From an uncultured Bacteroidaceae bacterium (GTDB lineage Bacteria; Bacteroidota; Bacteroidia; Bacteroidales; GCA-2748055), in NCBI GenBank assembly GCA_964563105.1, contig CAZLXM010000004.1:11525-75524 (forward strand): a DNA stretch of 64,000 nt, in the 5' to 3' direction. Made by a program: the position numbers and the translations under genes. Shown here one piece after another: positions 37,134-47,103 of this stretch. Under the pieces are notes generated by a model. It was not told the origin of the DNA. It did no database searches and saw only the letters and a program-made list of their open reading frames with translations. How positions within the stretch are numbered: the stretch's first letter is position 1; every line of letters begins with the position of its first letter.

Positions 37134-40100
37134 ATGTTGCTGCAAGGGGGGAAATATTATTTTAATAATTCGTTATTTTCAGGTAAGAGCACAAGAATAG
37201 TCGTAAACTATTTTTGTTTTATTCTCCTTTTGCCATTATTCACTTTTTCAATAAACCTGTCTGCCCAGACGAAAATATCAAAAGATAATTATAGCGGAAA
37301 TTTTACCGACAATAATTCCTGGCTGGACTCCTCTGCTCCTAATCCTGTTAATGTAAGTAATCCGGTAATTATTTATGGTGATATTCAGCATACCGGAAAT
37401 ATTAGCTTTAACCAGGCCCTGGATATATACGATTCACTAAGTATTACCGGAAATGTCACACTGGGCAATGATTGTAATCCTATTGTAAGATCCGGGGGAA
37501 TTTTTACGATTCAGGGAAACCTGGATCCGGTAAACAAAAGTAATCTGACAATTGAATCCGGAGCTTTCTTTACCATTTATGGTGATCTGACAATGGGAAA
37601 CCAAGGTAATCTGATCATTGAATCAGGCGGAATATTTATTATTCACGGAGATTTAGCTCTTGGAAATCAAGGAAGCCTGACAATTGAACCAGGTGCCATT
37701 TTTATTGTATATGGTAACTATACTTCTGATAATAAAACGAATGTGCTGGTGGAGGGGACCATGATCGTAACAGGTACATTCACACAAAATGGAGGGTCAA
37801 ATAACCAGGGTAGTTTCGAAATTAACGGTGGAAATGTTTATATCCTTGATCCGGTCCCTCAAATAAAACAGGGCTCTAATTATGATGATCTCAGATGTAA
37901 TCCCGATTGCGGATACGGAGGTATGGATGATCTTAAAAATGATCCGGTATGGGGATTATTCTCGGGAATAACATATGACATAAGTGCCTCAGGGCCCACA
38001 GAATTTTGTGAAGGAGATTCAGTGATTTTATCTGTTCCCGATAGCAGTACATGGTATCAGTGGTATAAAGATGCTGTAATTATTCCCGGAGCAGATTCCT
38101 TTTCATTTACCGCTCTTGAAAGCGGAGATTATCATATCAGGATATTAACTTCTGCATTCCCTGACACCATTGATATTGGTCCTGTTAACGTTACAGTAAA
38201 GGAAAATAGCATTGCACCTGTATCAGCATCAGTTGATCCTGATACTATTTGTGCCGGATCAGGAAACATTGAATTATCATATGAGGGAGGCAGCCCTGGC
38301 ACAGGCGGAACAGCACGATGGTATTCCGATCCGGGATTTACAAATCTGCTTGGCACTGGTAATAATCTTATCATCCCTGCCCCGGCAGTCTCACAAACTT
38401 ATTATGTGAGGTTTGAAGATCATTGCGGATATACAGATGCAAGATCTGTGAATGTAACTGTTCGTGATCTCCCTGTAGTTGTATTTACCGCTCCCGGTCC
38501 TGTTTGCATTGATGGTGCTGATATAACTCTTTCTTCGGGCAGTCCTGCCGGAGGAACATATTCAGGTCCCGGCATCATAGATGATACATTTCATCCCGAA
38601 ATTGCAGGTGAAGGAACACATACCCTCACATATAGCTATACAGATGGAAATGGATGTTCAAATTCTGCAGAACAAGATATAAGGGTAATTCCAATTCCCA
38701 TAGTCAGCTTTTCCGGCCTGGCCCCCTATATTGCTATAACTGATCCTCCAATATTATTAAACGCTTCCCCTGAAGGAGGAACTTTTTCCGGTCCCGGCAT
38801 CATAGGTGATACATTTCATCCCGAAATTGCAGGATTGGGCTTACATGAAATCGTCTATGAATATACTGAAGAATCTGTCTGTACAAATTCGGATACACTT
38901 TATACTGAAGTGCTGGATTATGATTTCATGCATGGTGCCATAACATTAACAGATTTTGATAACTGGTATTCAGGTGATGCAGTATATTCAACAATAGGGG
39001 CCACTGCCGACGGAAATGTTGCCTCCTGCTGGAATCAGGGCAATAACCACACCAGATGGTTTAAATTTCAGGCAGCTACAGAACAAATCAAACTGACATT
39101 CCTTACAGGTGGATCATATGGAACTGCCAGAAGGATTAATGCAGCAATATGGGAGGCTGACGGGACAACTGAAGTTAACTGTTACAGATATATCGTTGAT
39201 TATGACTCCGTAGTTGTTCAATCACCGAATTTAACACCCGGAAACTGGTATTATGTTTCCATTACAACAGCCACCGGAGCATATCGCGGATCTTTCTCCC
39301 TTCGTGTAAACGGACAGGTAGATTACGATTATTATGAAGGAGCAATAGAATTAACGGATTTCGACAACTGGTATTCAGGTGATGCTATATATTCAACAAG
39401 GGGAGCTACTGCAGACGGAAATGTCGCTTCCTGCTGGAATCAGGGTAATAGCCACACCAGATGGTTTAAATTTCAGGCAGCTACAGAACAAATCGCACTG
39501 ACATTCCTTACAGGCGGATTATACGGAACCGCCAGAAGAATTAATGCAGCAATATGGGAAGCCGACGGAACAACTGAAGTTAACTGTAACAGATATATCT
39601 CTGATTATGACTCAGTAGTTGTTCAATCACCAAATTTAACGCCCGGAAACTGGTATTATGTTTCCATTACAACCGCCACCGGAGGATATTACGGATCTTT
39701 CTCCCTGCGAGTAAACGGAAAAGTAGATTACGATTATTATGAAGGAGCGATAGAGCTGACAGATTTAAATAACTGGAGCTCTCCTGATGCAATCTACACA
39801 ACCAGAGGTGCAAGTGCTGATAAAAGTGCCGCTCCGTGCTGGAATACCAGTCCAAACTATAACAGGTGGTTCAAATTCACAGCTACAACTAATACTATCA
39901 GCATACTTGTACGTGGCGGAAACACAACGTATGGTACTCTACAGCGCATTAATGCAGCAATATGGGAGGATGATGGTTCAACAATTGTTTCATGCAATCG
40001 TTATATATCGGATAATGATGATGTTTATGTCGAATCAGTGGATCTGGTACCCGGAAATGTGTATTATTTATCTGTTGATAATAATTATGAAGGATTTCGT

Positions 40101-43100
40101 GGAAGTTTTTCACTTAATATAGATACCAGGGTAACGTATGATTACAAGGAAGGAGCTTATGAATTACAGGATCTGACAAGCTGGTGTTCTGTGGATGCTG
40201 CTTTTTCAACCCGGGGTGCAACTCCCGATCTTAATGCAGCAAGCTGCTGGAATACCGGACCGAATTATAACAGATGGTTCAAATTTGTTGCCAGTACACC
40301 AGTTATAAATATAAAGGTTAAAACTAACGGAAGTTACGGAACCATAAGACGCATAAACCTTGCTTTATGGGAAGATGACGGCATAACCCAAATTGCATGC
40401 AACAGATATGTAAGTGACAGTGACAGTGTTTCGATTGGAACCAGCCAGCTTTTACCCGGAAACACATATTATATATCTGTTGATAATAATTATGAAGGAT
40501 TTCGTGGAACATTTACCTTATGTATTGATAACCAACTGAATTACGATTATTTAGAAGGGGCAAAGGATATTACCTATTTGATTAATAATTGCTCCGAAAA
40601 TGCTGAATATACTACAGTTGGAGCTACACCTGACAGAACTGCACCTCATTGCTGGAATACATCTCCGAATTATAACCGCTGGTTCAAATTCATGGCCACC
40701 ACAAGCTCAATCAATATTCAGCTAAAAACCGGAAGTCCTTATGGAACAATCCGCAGGGCACAATTAGCTCTCTATGATCAGGACAGCACTACTGTACTCG
40801 ATTGTAACCGCTATGTAAACGATGAAGATAATATTGAAGTCTCTGCTGGTAACCTGATTCCGGGAAAATGGTATTTTATTGCTGTGGATAATAATTTCGA
40901 AGGATTCAGAGGAACTTTCTCTTTATGCCTGGATGATAAACCAAACTATGATTTTTATGAAGGTGCTATTGAATTGGGAATTATTCATGACTGGCATTCG
41001 TCAAATGCTGCATATACAACCATAGGGGCAACACCCGATAAAAGTGCTGCAAGCTGCTGGAATACCGGGCCAAATTATAACAGATGGTTCAAATTCACAG
41101 CTACAACTAACCAGATCCATATAGAAATCAGAACAGGAGGAGTTTATGGTACAATAAGAAGAGTTAATGCCGCTATCTGGGAAGCTGATGGTCTAACTGA
41201 AGTAGCCTGTAAAAGATATGTAAATGATAATGATATTGTAGAAGTTGAAGCTCTGAACCTTATACCCGGAAATACATATTATTTATCTGTTGATAATAAT
41301 TATGCGGGATTCAGGGGAACATTCTCCCTGTATATAAATGATGCAGTAGATTATGATTTTTATGAAGGTGCCAGGGATGTCAGTCACCTGATTAACTCCC
41401 AGTCTCTTCTGCAGGAATATACGACAATAGGTGCATCACCGGACAGAAATCCGGGGACATGCTGGAATACAGCACCAAATTATAATCGCTGGTTTAAATT
41501 CAGGGCAACTACTCCCGGAATAAATATAAAGGTTCTGACAGGCGGATCATATGGTAGCATTCGCAGGGTCAATATCGCACTATTCGAATCAGATGGAATT
41601 ACTCAATTGTCCTGTAATCGTTATGTAACTGATTTCGACATTGTTGAACTTGATTATGAAGGGCTGGCCCCGGGAAACTGGTATTATTTCTCTGTAGATA
41701 ATAACAATATGAGTTTTCGTGGCAGCTTTACCCTTGCCTTAAATGATGAAGTCAGCTATGACTATTATGAAGGGGCAATTGAACTTATTGACCTTCATAA
41801 CTGGTCTTCCCCCGATGCTGCTTATACTACATCCGGGGCCACACCTGATAAAATTGCTGCTTCATGCTGGAATACTGCCCCTAATTTTAATCGCTGGTTC
41901 AAGTTTACAGCCACAACACCGGTAATTAATATAGAAGTCAGAACAGGAGGAAATTATGGTACCATCCGGAGAATTAATGCTGCTCTCTGGGAAGCTGACG
42001 GAATTACCGAAGTTACGTGTAAACAATATGTTAATGAGAATGACAATGTATCTCTGGGTGCAAATACACTGACTCCCGGAAACACATATTATATATCCGT
42101 GGATAATAATAATCCAAGCTATAGAGGGACTTTCTCACTATATATTGACGATGCAATGGATTATGATTTTTATGAAGGTGCATATGAGATAACTAAGCTT
42201 AATAACTGGCAATCAGAATTGCAGGAGTTCACCACAGTAGGTGCTACTCCCGATAAAATAGCCGGAAGCTGCTGGAATGCTGGTCCTTACTATAATCGCT
42301 GGTTTAAATTTCAGGCTATTCATTCCGATGTTTCAATTCAGGTATTACGGGGAGGACCATTTGGAACAATAAGTCGGATCTATCTGGCACTATGGGACTC
42401 TGATGGAACAACAGAATTATCCTGCAAACGATATTCCGCTCAGCCAGATAATGTGTCAATTGCATATTCAGGACTCAATCCGGGCAACTGGTATTATATA
42501 TCCGTGGATAATAATCTATCGGCTCGTGGTACATTTACACTCCAGGTAAATAATATATCAGGAAATGAATATTATGCCATAGCCAATGGTAATTGGAATA
42601 TAGCTTCTACATGGTCCTTATCAGAAGGAGGGCCTCCGGCAACTTCTGCCCCACAAATTGGTGATGTTGTACATATAAAAGGATATAATGTTATTGTAAA
42701 TACAGATGAAGCATGTGCTGAATTAAATATTGAAGCTATAAACAATAATACCTCCCTTACTTTAAATGGGGGATCATTAGCAGTAAATGGTGAAATGACT
42801 TTCTCTAATAATGCTTATAATGTAAGCGGAGAAATCAGTATTTTAAACTCAGGAAGCCTTTCAATAAACGACGATTTCAATATTAACAGAGCCGGCGGTA
42901 ATAATATTTTCCGGATCACAGTTCAGGATAACTCATCTATTTCTGTTCAGAATGATCTTATCATTAAGTCTTCTTCTGGAAATATAAACAATACCGAACT
43001 TAATATTTCGGGTACTGCCGAAGTCCGGATCATGAATGACTTAATCCTGGAAAATACAGGGGGGATAAAATCAAGCATAATACTGAATAATTCTGCAAAT

Positions 43101-46100
43101 TTAAGAGTTCACAGGGATATTCTGTTTAGTAGCCCTGCACAGAACAGGCTGGAAATACAGCTAAACAATGATTCAAAACTCTTTGCCGGAAGATCTGTTC
43201 AAAGAGGGGCAACACGTTATGGAATATTAAATTCAAGGGATAATTCTACCATCGTATTTAATAGCAGTGATTACCTACAGATAATACCCGAAAATGCAGG
43301 AGGCGGAACGGATAATTTTAGCTACCGCAATATTGAGATCAACAATACAAGGATAAGCAGCCCGCAATTAAGCCTTGAAGGACCGGTATCAGTTTCAGGG
43401 ACCTTAACACTAACGAGAGGAATAATCAAAACAACAACAACTAAATTATTGAATATTGAGAGCAGCGGAACAATTTCCGGAGGATCAGCTCTGAGTTACA
43501 TTGAAGGGCCACTTAAAATCACGGGGAATTTAGCTGTAAGCTTTCCTCTTGGTAAAAATGGCCGTTATCTTCCTTTGGCGATATCAGCCCCCAATTCTGT
43601 AAATGATGCATTTATTGCTGAATATTTTGGATCTAATCCAAATCCTTATTATAATATTAACTTGCATGAAGCCTCCATTGATCATGTTTCAAATTGTGAA
43701 TACTGGACTTTGGAAAGAGTATCAGGCAACTCAGCGATAAATGTAAATATAGCCTGGGATGGTAATTGCAGTTGCATATCCGATCTTGCTAATTTAAAAG
43801 TAGCCGTATGGGATGGTTCTGAATGGAAAAACTATGGTAATGGAAATATTAACGGTTCAATTGCTTCAGGCGAGATTACAAGCTCTGATGCCATTAACCT
43901 TAATTCATGTGCAATTACTTTTGCAGACTTTTTACCTTTTGTAGATTTCACAGATCCGGGAGGGCCCTATTGTAAAACTGGTTCCTCAATACTCTTAAGC
44001 GGCTTTCCTGAAGATTCAAACGGCTGGTTCACTGGCAATGGAATTATAAATAATGGTGACGGAACAGCATTCTTTGATCCGGGTATTACAAACCCGGGCA
44101 GCCATCAGATCACATACAATTATACATCCGCTTCGGGATGCAGTAATTCTATAAGTAAATACATTACTGTAAATGCCAATCCTACAGCTACAATTATTGG
44201 AGGGGGCACTGTATGTGCCGGAGTGGAAGTTGAATTTTCAATTTATCTGACCGGGGCCCCTCCCTGGAATATTACTTATACTGACGGGGCAGACCTGTTT
44301 AATATAACTACTTCTGCCAATCCATATAAATTTAAAACTAGTACACCGGGAATATATTCTGTTACTGCAGTAACAGACAACAACGGATGTACAGGAAGTG
44401 TCCTGGGCAGCTCGGCAGACCTGCTGAACTGGCCGGTTATAGACAAGCCATTGGTTAGCATATTATCCGGGACAAGTACATTCTGTGAAGGCTCTAATGT
44501 GGTACTGACAACTCCGGATGCCAACCTGTATTATTGGAGTAATGGAGTATCCACTCAGAATGACACCATTGTTTCGCCGGGTAACTACTGGGTCAGGGTT
44601 GTGGATGAACATGGCTGCTTCAGTGGCAATTCAGATACAATTACAGTAAGCGTAATAAAAACAGCGAGGAAACCTTCAGCAATATCAGGTAATATTGCTT
44701 TATGTCAGAATAGCCCGAATACTAGCTACAGTACTTCATCCTGGTATGCCGATGTTTATAACTGGAGCCTGGAACCTTCGATAACAGGAACAATTATCGG
44801 AACCGCCTCAAATATCACTATCGACTGGGATGAAAATTATTCCGGAATAGCTAAGCTCACTGTTTATGGTTCAAATAGCGATTGTGGAGCCGGGCCTGTA
44901 TCTGACACTTTATATATTACTTTAAATGCATTGCCTGAAGAACCCGGTTTGATCAGCGGACCTCAAACAGTCTGTCAGGGACAGACAGGACTGATATATA
45001 GTATTGATCCGGTTCCGAATACAACGGGTTATATCTGGTCATTACCAGAAAATACTGTTATTTCAGGTCCTTCAAATGGCAATTCCATTACTGTTAACTT
45101 TCTTAACAATGCTGTTTCAGGTAAAATAAGCGTTCAGGCTTATAATGCTTGCGGAAGCAGTCTGAATATATCATCTCTGAGTATTGATGTACAGACCTTA
45201 TCTATTGCTGCAACAGGCATAAACCTTAACACGGATAGTATATGTCCGGGTGATTCAGTTATATTGAGTGTTGAAGGAGGATTCCCCGGAAGTGGGGCAT
45301 CATGGAAATGGTATCTGGATGATCTTTGCACAATACCTGCCGGACCTGAAGGTTTAACGCTCACTGTAAATCCTGTGGTTAATACATCTTACTGGTTAAG
45401 GGCAGAAGGTTTATGTAACAACACAGCAACAGTCAGTGCGACTGTAAATATGAAGGAAGCTCCTGTTCAAGCCGATGCTGTTAATGTTGACAGACCATCT
45501 GTTTGCTCTGCTGAGGGCACTATCGTACTATCATATTCAGGCGGATCACCGGGTACAGGCGGTGTAGCAAGATGGTATTCAGATCCCGGGCTGACTAATT
45601 TTATTGGTAGCGGAAATAATCTTAATCTTTCCGCTCCTGCAGCAACACAAACTTATTATATGAGATTTGAAGCTGATTGTGGCAATTCATCCGTAAGATC
45701 AGTTAGCCTTACTGTATTTGACCCTCCAACAGTAACATTTGACACTATCAATCCTGTAGGCCTTTATTCAGGAGATTTTATACTAAATCAGGGAAATCCC
45801 GGAGGCGGTATTTATTCCGGCAACGGAATTATAGCCGGAAATACTTTTAATCCTTCATTAGCCGGAGCCGGTACACATACTCTTACTTATACATATACTG
45901 ATGGAAATGGATGTGCAAATTCGGCAAATCGCGATATTTTAGTTTATGCCCTGGACATTCCTGTAATTACCGGAGCAACTGATGTATGCCTCATGAATGC
46001 AGAAGTATTCTCAACATCAGAAGATCCCGGATACAGCTACTCATGGACTGTAAATGGCGGAACCATTATATCAGGTGCCGGAACACATGAAATTACAGTT

Positions 46101-46247
46101 GAATTTACAAATCCGGGAAATGCTGATATCAGCGTAACAATAACAAAAGATGCTTTCTCTGAAACCTCAGACGTATATGATGTAACAGTATATGATTTAC
46201 ATACATTACCTGATATTGAATCAGATAACAAATTAAATCGCAGATGA
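37134..46247 (+). CDS. giant (3037-aa) secreted multidomain cell-surface protein (adhesin-like)
   Basis: A single 9114-nt ORF with a signal peptide (FCFILLLPLFTFSINLSAQ). It contains 22-aa beta-helix-type repeats, Cys-containing Ig-like modules, nine ~135-aa repeats, a second beta-helix-like region (GNWNIASTWS...) and further Ig-like modules. I could recognise no T9SS CTD at the C-terminus. Confidence 0.85.
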   Translation: MLLQGGKYYFNNSLFSGKSTRIVVNYFCFILLLPLFTFSINLSAQTKISKDNYSGNFTDNNSWLDSSAPNPVNVSNPVIIYGDIQHTGNISFNQALDIYDSLSITGNVTLGNDCNPIVRSGGIFTIQGNLDPVNKSNLTIESGAFFTIYGDLTMGNQGNLIIESGGIFIIHGDLALGNQGSLTIEPGAIFIVYGNYTSDNKTNVLVEGTMIVTGTFTQNGGSNNQGSFEINGGNVYILDPVPQIKQGSNYDDLRCNPDCGYGGMDDLKNDPVWGLFSGITYDISASGPTEFCEGDSVILSVPDSSTWYQWYKDAVIIPGADSFSFTALESGDYHIRILTSAFPDTIDIGPVNVTVKENSIAPVSASVDPDTICAGSGNIELSYEGGSPGTGGTARWYSDPGFTNLLGTGNNLIIPAPAVSQTYYVRFEDHCGYTDARSVNVTVRDLPVVVFTAPGPVCIDGADITLSSGSPAGGTYSGPGIIDDTFHPEIAGEGTHTLTYSYTDGNGCSNSAEQDIRVIPIPIVSFSGLAPYIAITDPPILLNASPEGGTFSGPGIIGDTFHPEIAGLGLHEIVYEYTEESVCTNSDTLYTEVLDYDFMHGAITLTDFDNWYSGDAVYSTIGATADGNVASCWNQGNNHTRWFKFQAATEQIKLTFLTGGSYGTARRINAAIWEADGTTEVNCYRYIVDYDSVVVQSPNLTPGNWYYVSITTATGAYRGSFSLRVNGQVDYDYYEGAIELTDFDNWYSGDAIYSTRGATADGNVASCWNQGNSHTRWFKFQAATEQIALTFLTGGLYGTARRINAAIWEADGTTEVNCNRYISDYDSVVVQSPNLTPGNWYYVSITTATGGYYGSFSLRVNGKVDYDYYEGAIELTDLNNWSSPDAIYTTRGASADKSAAPCWNTSPNYNRWFKFTATTNTISILVRGGNTTYGTLQRINAAIWEDDGSTIVSCNRYISDNDDVYVESVDLVPGNVYYLSVDNNYEGFRGSFSLNIDTRVTYDYKEGAYELQDLTSWCSVDAAFSTRGATPDLNAASCWNTGPNYNRWFKFVASTPVINIKVKTNGSYGTIRRINLALWEDDGITQIACNRYVSDSDSVSIGTSQLLPGNTYYISVDNNYEGFRGTFTLCIDNQLNYDYLEGAKDITYLINNCSENAEYTTVGATPDRTAPHCWNTSPNYNRWFKFMATTSSINIQLKTGSPYGTIRRAQLALYDQDSTTVLDCNRYVNDEDNIEVSAGNLIPGKWYFIAVDNNFEGFRGTFSLCLDDKPNYDFYEGAIELGIIHDWHSSNAAYTTIGATPDKSAASCWNTGPNYNRWFKFTATTNQIHIEIRTGGVYGTIRRVNAAIWEADGLTEVACKRYVNDNDIVEVEALNLIPGNTYYLSVDNNYAGFRGTFSLYINDAVDYDFYEGARDVSHLINSQSLLQEYTTIGASPDRNPGTCWNTAPNYNRWFKFRATTPGINIKVLTGGSYGSIRRVNIALFESDGITQLSCNRYVTDFDIVELDYEGLAPGNWYYFSVDNNNMSFRGSFTLALNDEVSYDYYEGAIELIDLHNWSSPDAAYTTSGATPDKIAASCWNTAPNFNRWFKFTATTPVINIEVRTGGNYGTIRRINAALWEADGITEVTCKQYVNENDNVSLGANTLTPGNTYYISVDNNNPSYRGTFSLYIDDAMDYDFYEGAYEITKLNNWQSELQEFTTVGATPDKIAGSCWNAGPYYNRWFKFQAIHSDVSIQVLRGGPFGTISRIYLALWDSDGTTELSCKRYSAQPDNVSIAYSGLNPGNWYYISVDNNLSARGTFTLQVNNISGNEYYAIANGNWNIASTWSLSEGGPPATSAPQIGDVVHIKGYNVIVNTDEACAELNIEAINNNTSLTLNGGSLAVNGEMTFSNNAYNVSGEISILNSGSLSINDDFNINRAGGNNIFRITVQDNSSISVQNDLIIKSSSGNINNTELNISGTAEVRIMNDLILENTGGIKSSIILNNSANLRVHRDILFSSPAQNRLEIQLNNDSKLFAGRSVQRGATRYGILNSRDNSTIVFNSSDYLQIIPENAGGGTDNFSYRNIEINNTRISSPQLSLEGPVSVSGTLTLTRGIIKTTTTKLLNIESSGTISGGSALSYIEGPLKITGNLAVSFPLGKNGRYLPLAISAPNSVNDAFIAEYFGSNPNPYYNINLHEASIDHVSNCEYWTLERVSGNSAINVNIAWDGNCSCISDLANLKVAVWDGSEWKNYGNGNINGSIASGEITSSDAINLNSCAITFADFLPFVDFTDPGGPYCKTGSSILLSGFPEDSNGWFTGNGIINNGDGTAFFDPGITNPGSHQITYNYTSASGCSNSISKYITVNANPTATIIGGGTVCAGVEVEFSIYLTGAPPWNITYTDGADLFNITTSANPYKFKTSTPGIYSVTAVTDNNGCTGSVLGSSADLLNWPVIDKPLVSILSGTSTFCEGSNVVLTTPDANLYYWSNGVSTQNDTIVSPGNYWVRVVDEHGCFSGNSDTITVSVIKTARKPSAISGNIALCQNSPNTSYSTSSWYADVYNWSLEPSITGTIIGTASNITIDWDENYSGIAKLTVYGSNSDCGAGPVSDTLYITLNALPEEPGLISGPQTVCQGQTGLIYSIDPVPNTTGYIWSLPENTVISGPSNGNSITVNFLNNAVSGKISVQAYNACGSSLNISSLSIDVQTLSIAATGINLNTDSICPGDSVILSVEGGFPGSGASWKWYLDDLCTIPAGPEGLTLTVNPVVNTSYWLRAEGLCNNTATVSATVNMKEAPVQADAVNVDRPSVCSAEGTIVLSYSGGSPGTGGVARWYSDPGLTNFIGSGNNLNLSAPAATQTYYMRFEADCGNSSVRSVSLTVFDPPTVTFDTINPVGLYSGDFILNQGNPGGGIYSGNGIIAGNTFNPSLAGAGTHTLTYTYTDGNGCANSANRDILVYALDIPVITGATDVCLMNAEVFSTSEDPGYSYSWTVNGGTIISGAGTHEITVEFTNPGNADISVTITKDAFSETSDVYDVTVYDLHTLPDIESDNKLNRR
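38916..42563 (+). repeat. nine in-frame tandem repeats of 405 bp (one of 408 bp) inside the giant gene
   Basis: Units start at 38916, 39321, 39726, 40134, 40539, 40944, 41349, 41754 and 42159. Each encodes YD(Y/F)YEGA...CWN..PNYNRWFKF...YGT(I/A)RR...W(E/D).DG...C(N/K)RY...PGN.YY(I/L)SVDNN...FRG(T/S)F(S/T)L. Confidence 0.9.
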
Positions 46248-46293
46248 AATAAAGATTAAATAAATTAAAAAAACAATAATTATTAACAATTAA

Positions 46294-47103
46294 ATGATGA
46301 ACAAAATGAAAACAAATTCAGTACTTAGAACTTTTGCAATTCTTGCTTTGATTACAGCAGGTTTTTCAAACTCTCTCTTTGCACAGTTTATTGGCAACAC
46401 TGCCAATGATCAGCTTCCAATCGTTGAAGAACGAAAAGGTGGAACAACAACTTATTCTGTTCCCGGTCCTGCATCAGATGAATACACATGGGCTGTTACC
46501 GGTGCGGTAAGTGTCTCGCCTGCACCATCTTCAGGTGATGGTTCTGTCGGGAATCCATTTGTTTTAAATTATACCGCCGGATTAACTTCGATTCAGGTAC
46601 AATGGCCGGCTGATAATGATACTATAACTTCAATGTCCGGAAATGTATCGGTACAACAAAGAGTATCAAGCGGATCCATTGCCTGTCCAAGTATTATTCA
46701 ATCCTGGGACGTTAATCTCTGGAGCCGTGCAACAGCAAGCATAATAACTGATGACTTCGAAATCTGTTCCGGAGATGATGTTGGGGGAAACATTGAAGTG
46801 AGATTAACTGGCGCCCCCAATTTCGATTTTAGCTATACTATTACCGGCCTTAACGGGGTTACGAGTGCACCGGTAAATGTTACAGGTGTGACCAATGCAA
46901 CAGCAACTATTTCACTTCCAAATAATCTCGTTAATACAAGCTCAAATCAGGATCAAACTTATGTTATTACACTGACCCGGATGAATGATGATTTTACTGG
47001 AAATGGAACGATATTAAACGATTCATTTACAATTACAGTTCATCCGACAGTTCAAACCGGTCCGATCGAAAGTAACAGATCTTTGGAAAGAAGGAATCCT
47101 TAA
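46294..47103 (+). CDS. secreted 269-aa protein with Ig-like modules related to those of the giant protein
   Basis: The signal peptide is FAILALITAGFSNSLFAQ. The modules YSVPGPASDEYTWAVTGAVSV...IQVQWPADND...CPS and FEICSGDDVGGNIEVRLTGAPNFDFSYTITG resemble modules in the giant ORF (CAGVEVEFSIYLTGAPPWNITYTDG). Confidence 0.6.
   Translation: MMNKMKTNSVLRTFAILALITAGFSNSLFAQFIGNTANDQLPIVEERKGGTTTYSVPGPASDEYTWAVTGAVSVSPAPSSGDGSVGNPFVLNYTAGLTSIQVQWPADNDTITSMSGNVSVQQRVSSGSIACPSIIQSWDVNLWSRATASIITDDFEICSGDDVGGNIEVRLTGAPNFDFSYTITGLNGVTSAPVNVTGVTNATATISLPNNLVNTSSNQDQTYVITLTRMNDDFTGNGTILNDSFTITVHPTVQTGPIESNRSLERRNP

Noticed and set aside
38916-42563. The 405-bp repeat array as a mobile or satellite element.
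   Set aside because: The period is an exact codon multiple. The array stays in frame within one ORF, and the units differ largely at synonymous sites. These are protein-domain repeats.
45960-46247. The last ~95 aa of the giant protein as a divergent T9SS type A or type B CTD.
   Set aside because: This stretch aligns instead with the internal Cys-containing Ig-like modules (C...Y.W.V.GG.I..G.G...I.V.F). It lacks the PNxFTPNGDGxND and WDG motifs of type B and the terminal motifs of type A. I cannot exclude a cryptic CTD without an HMM search.
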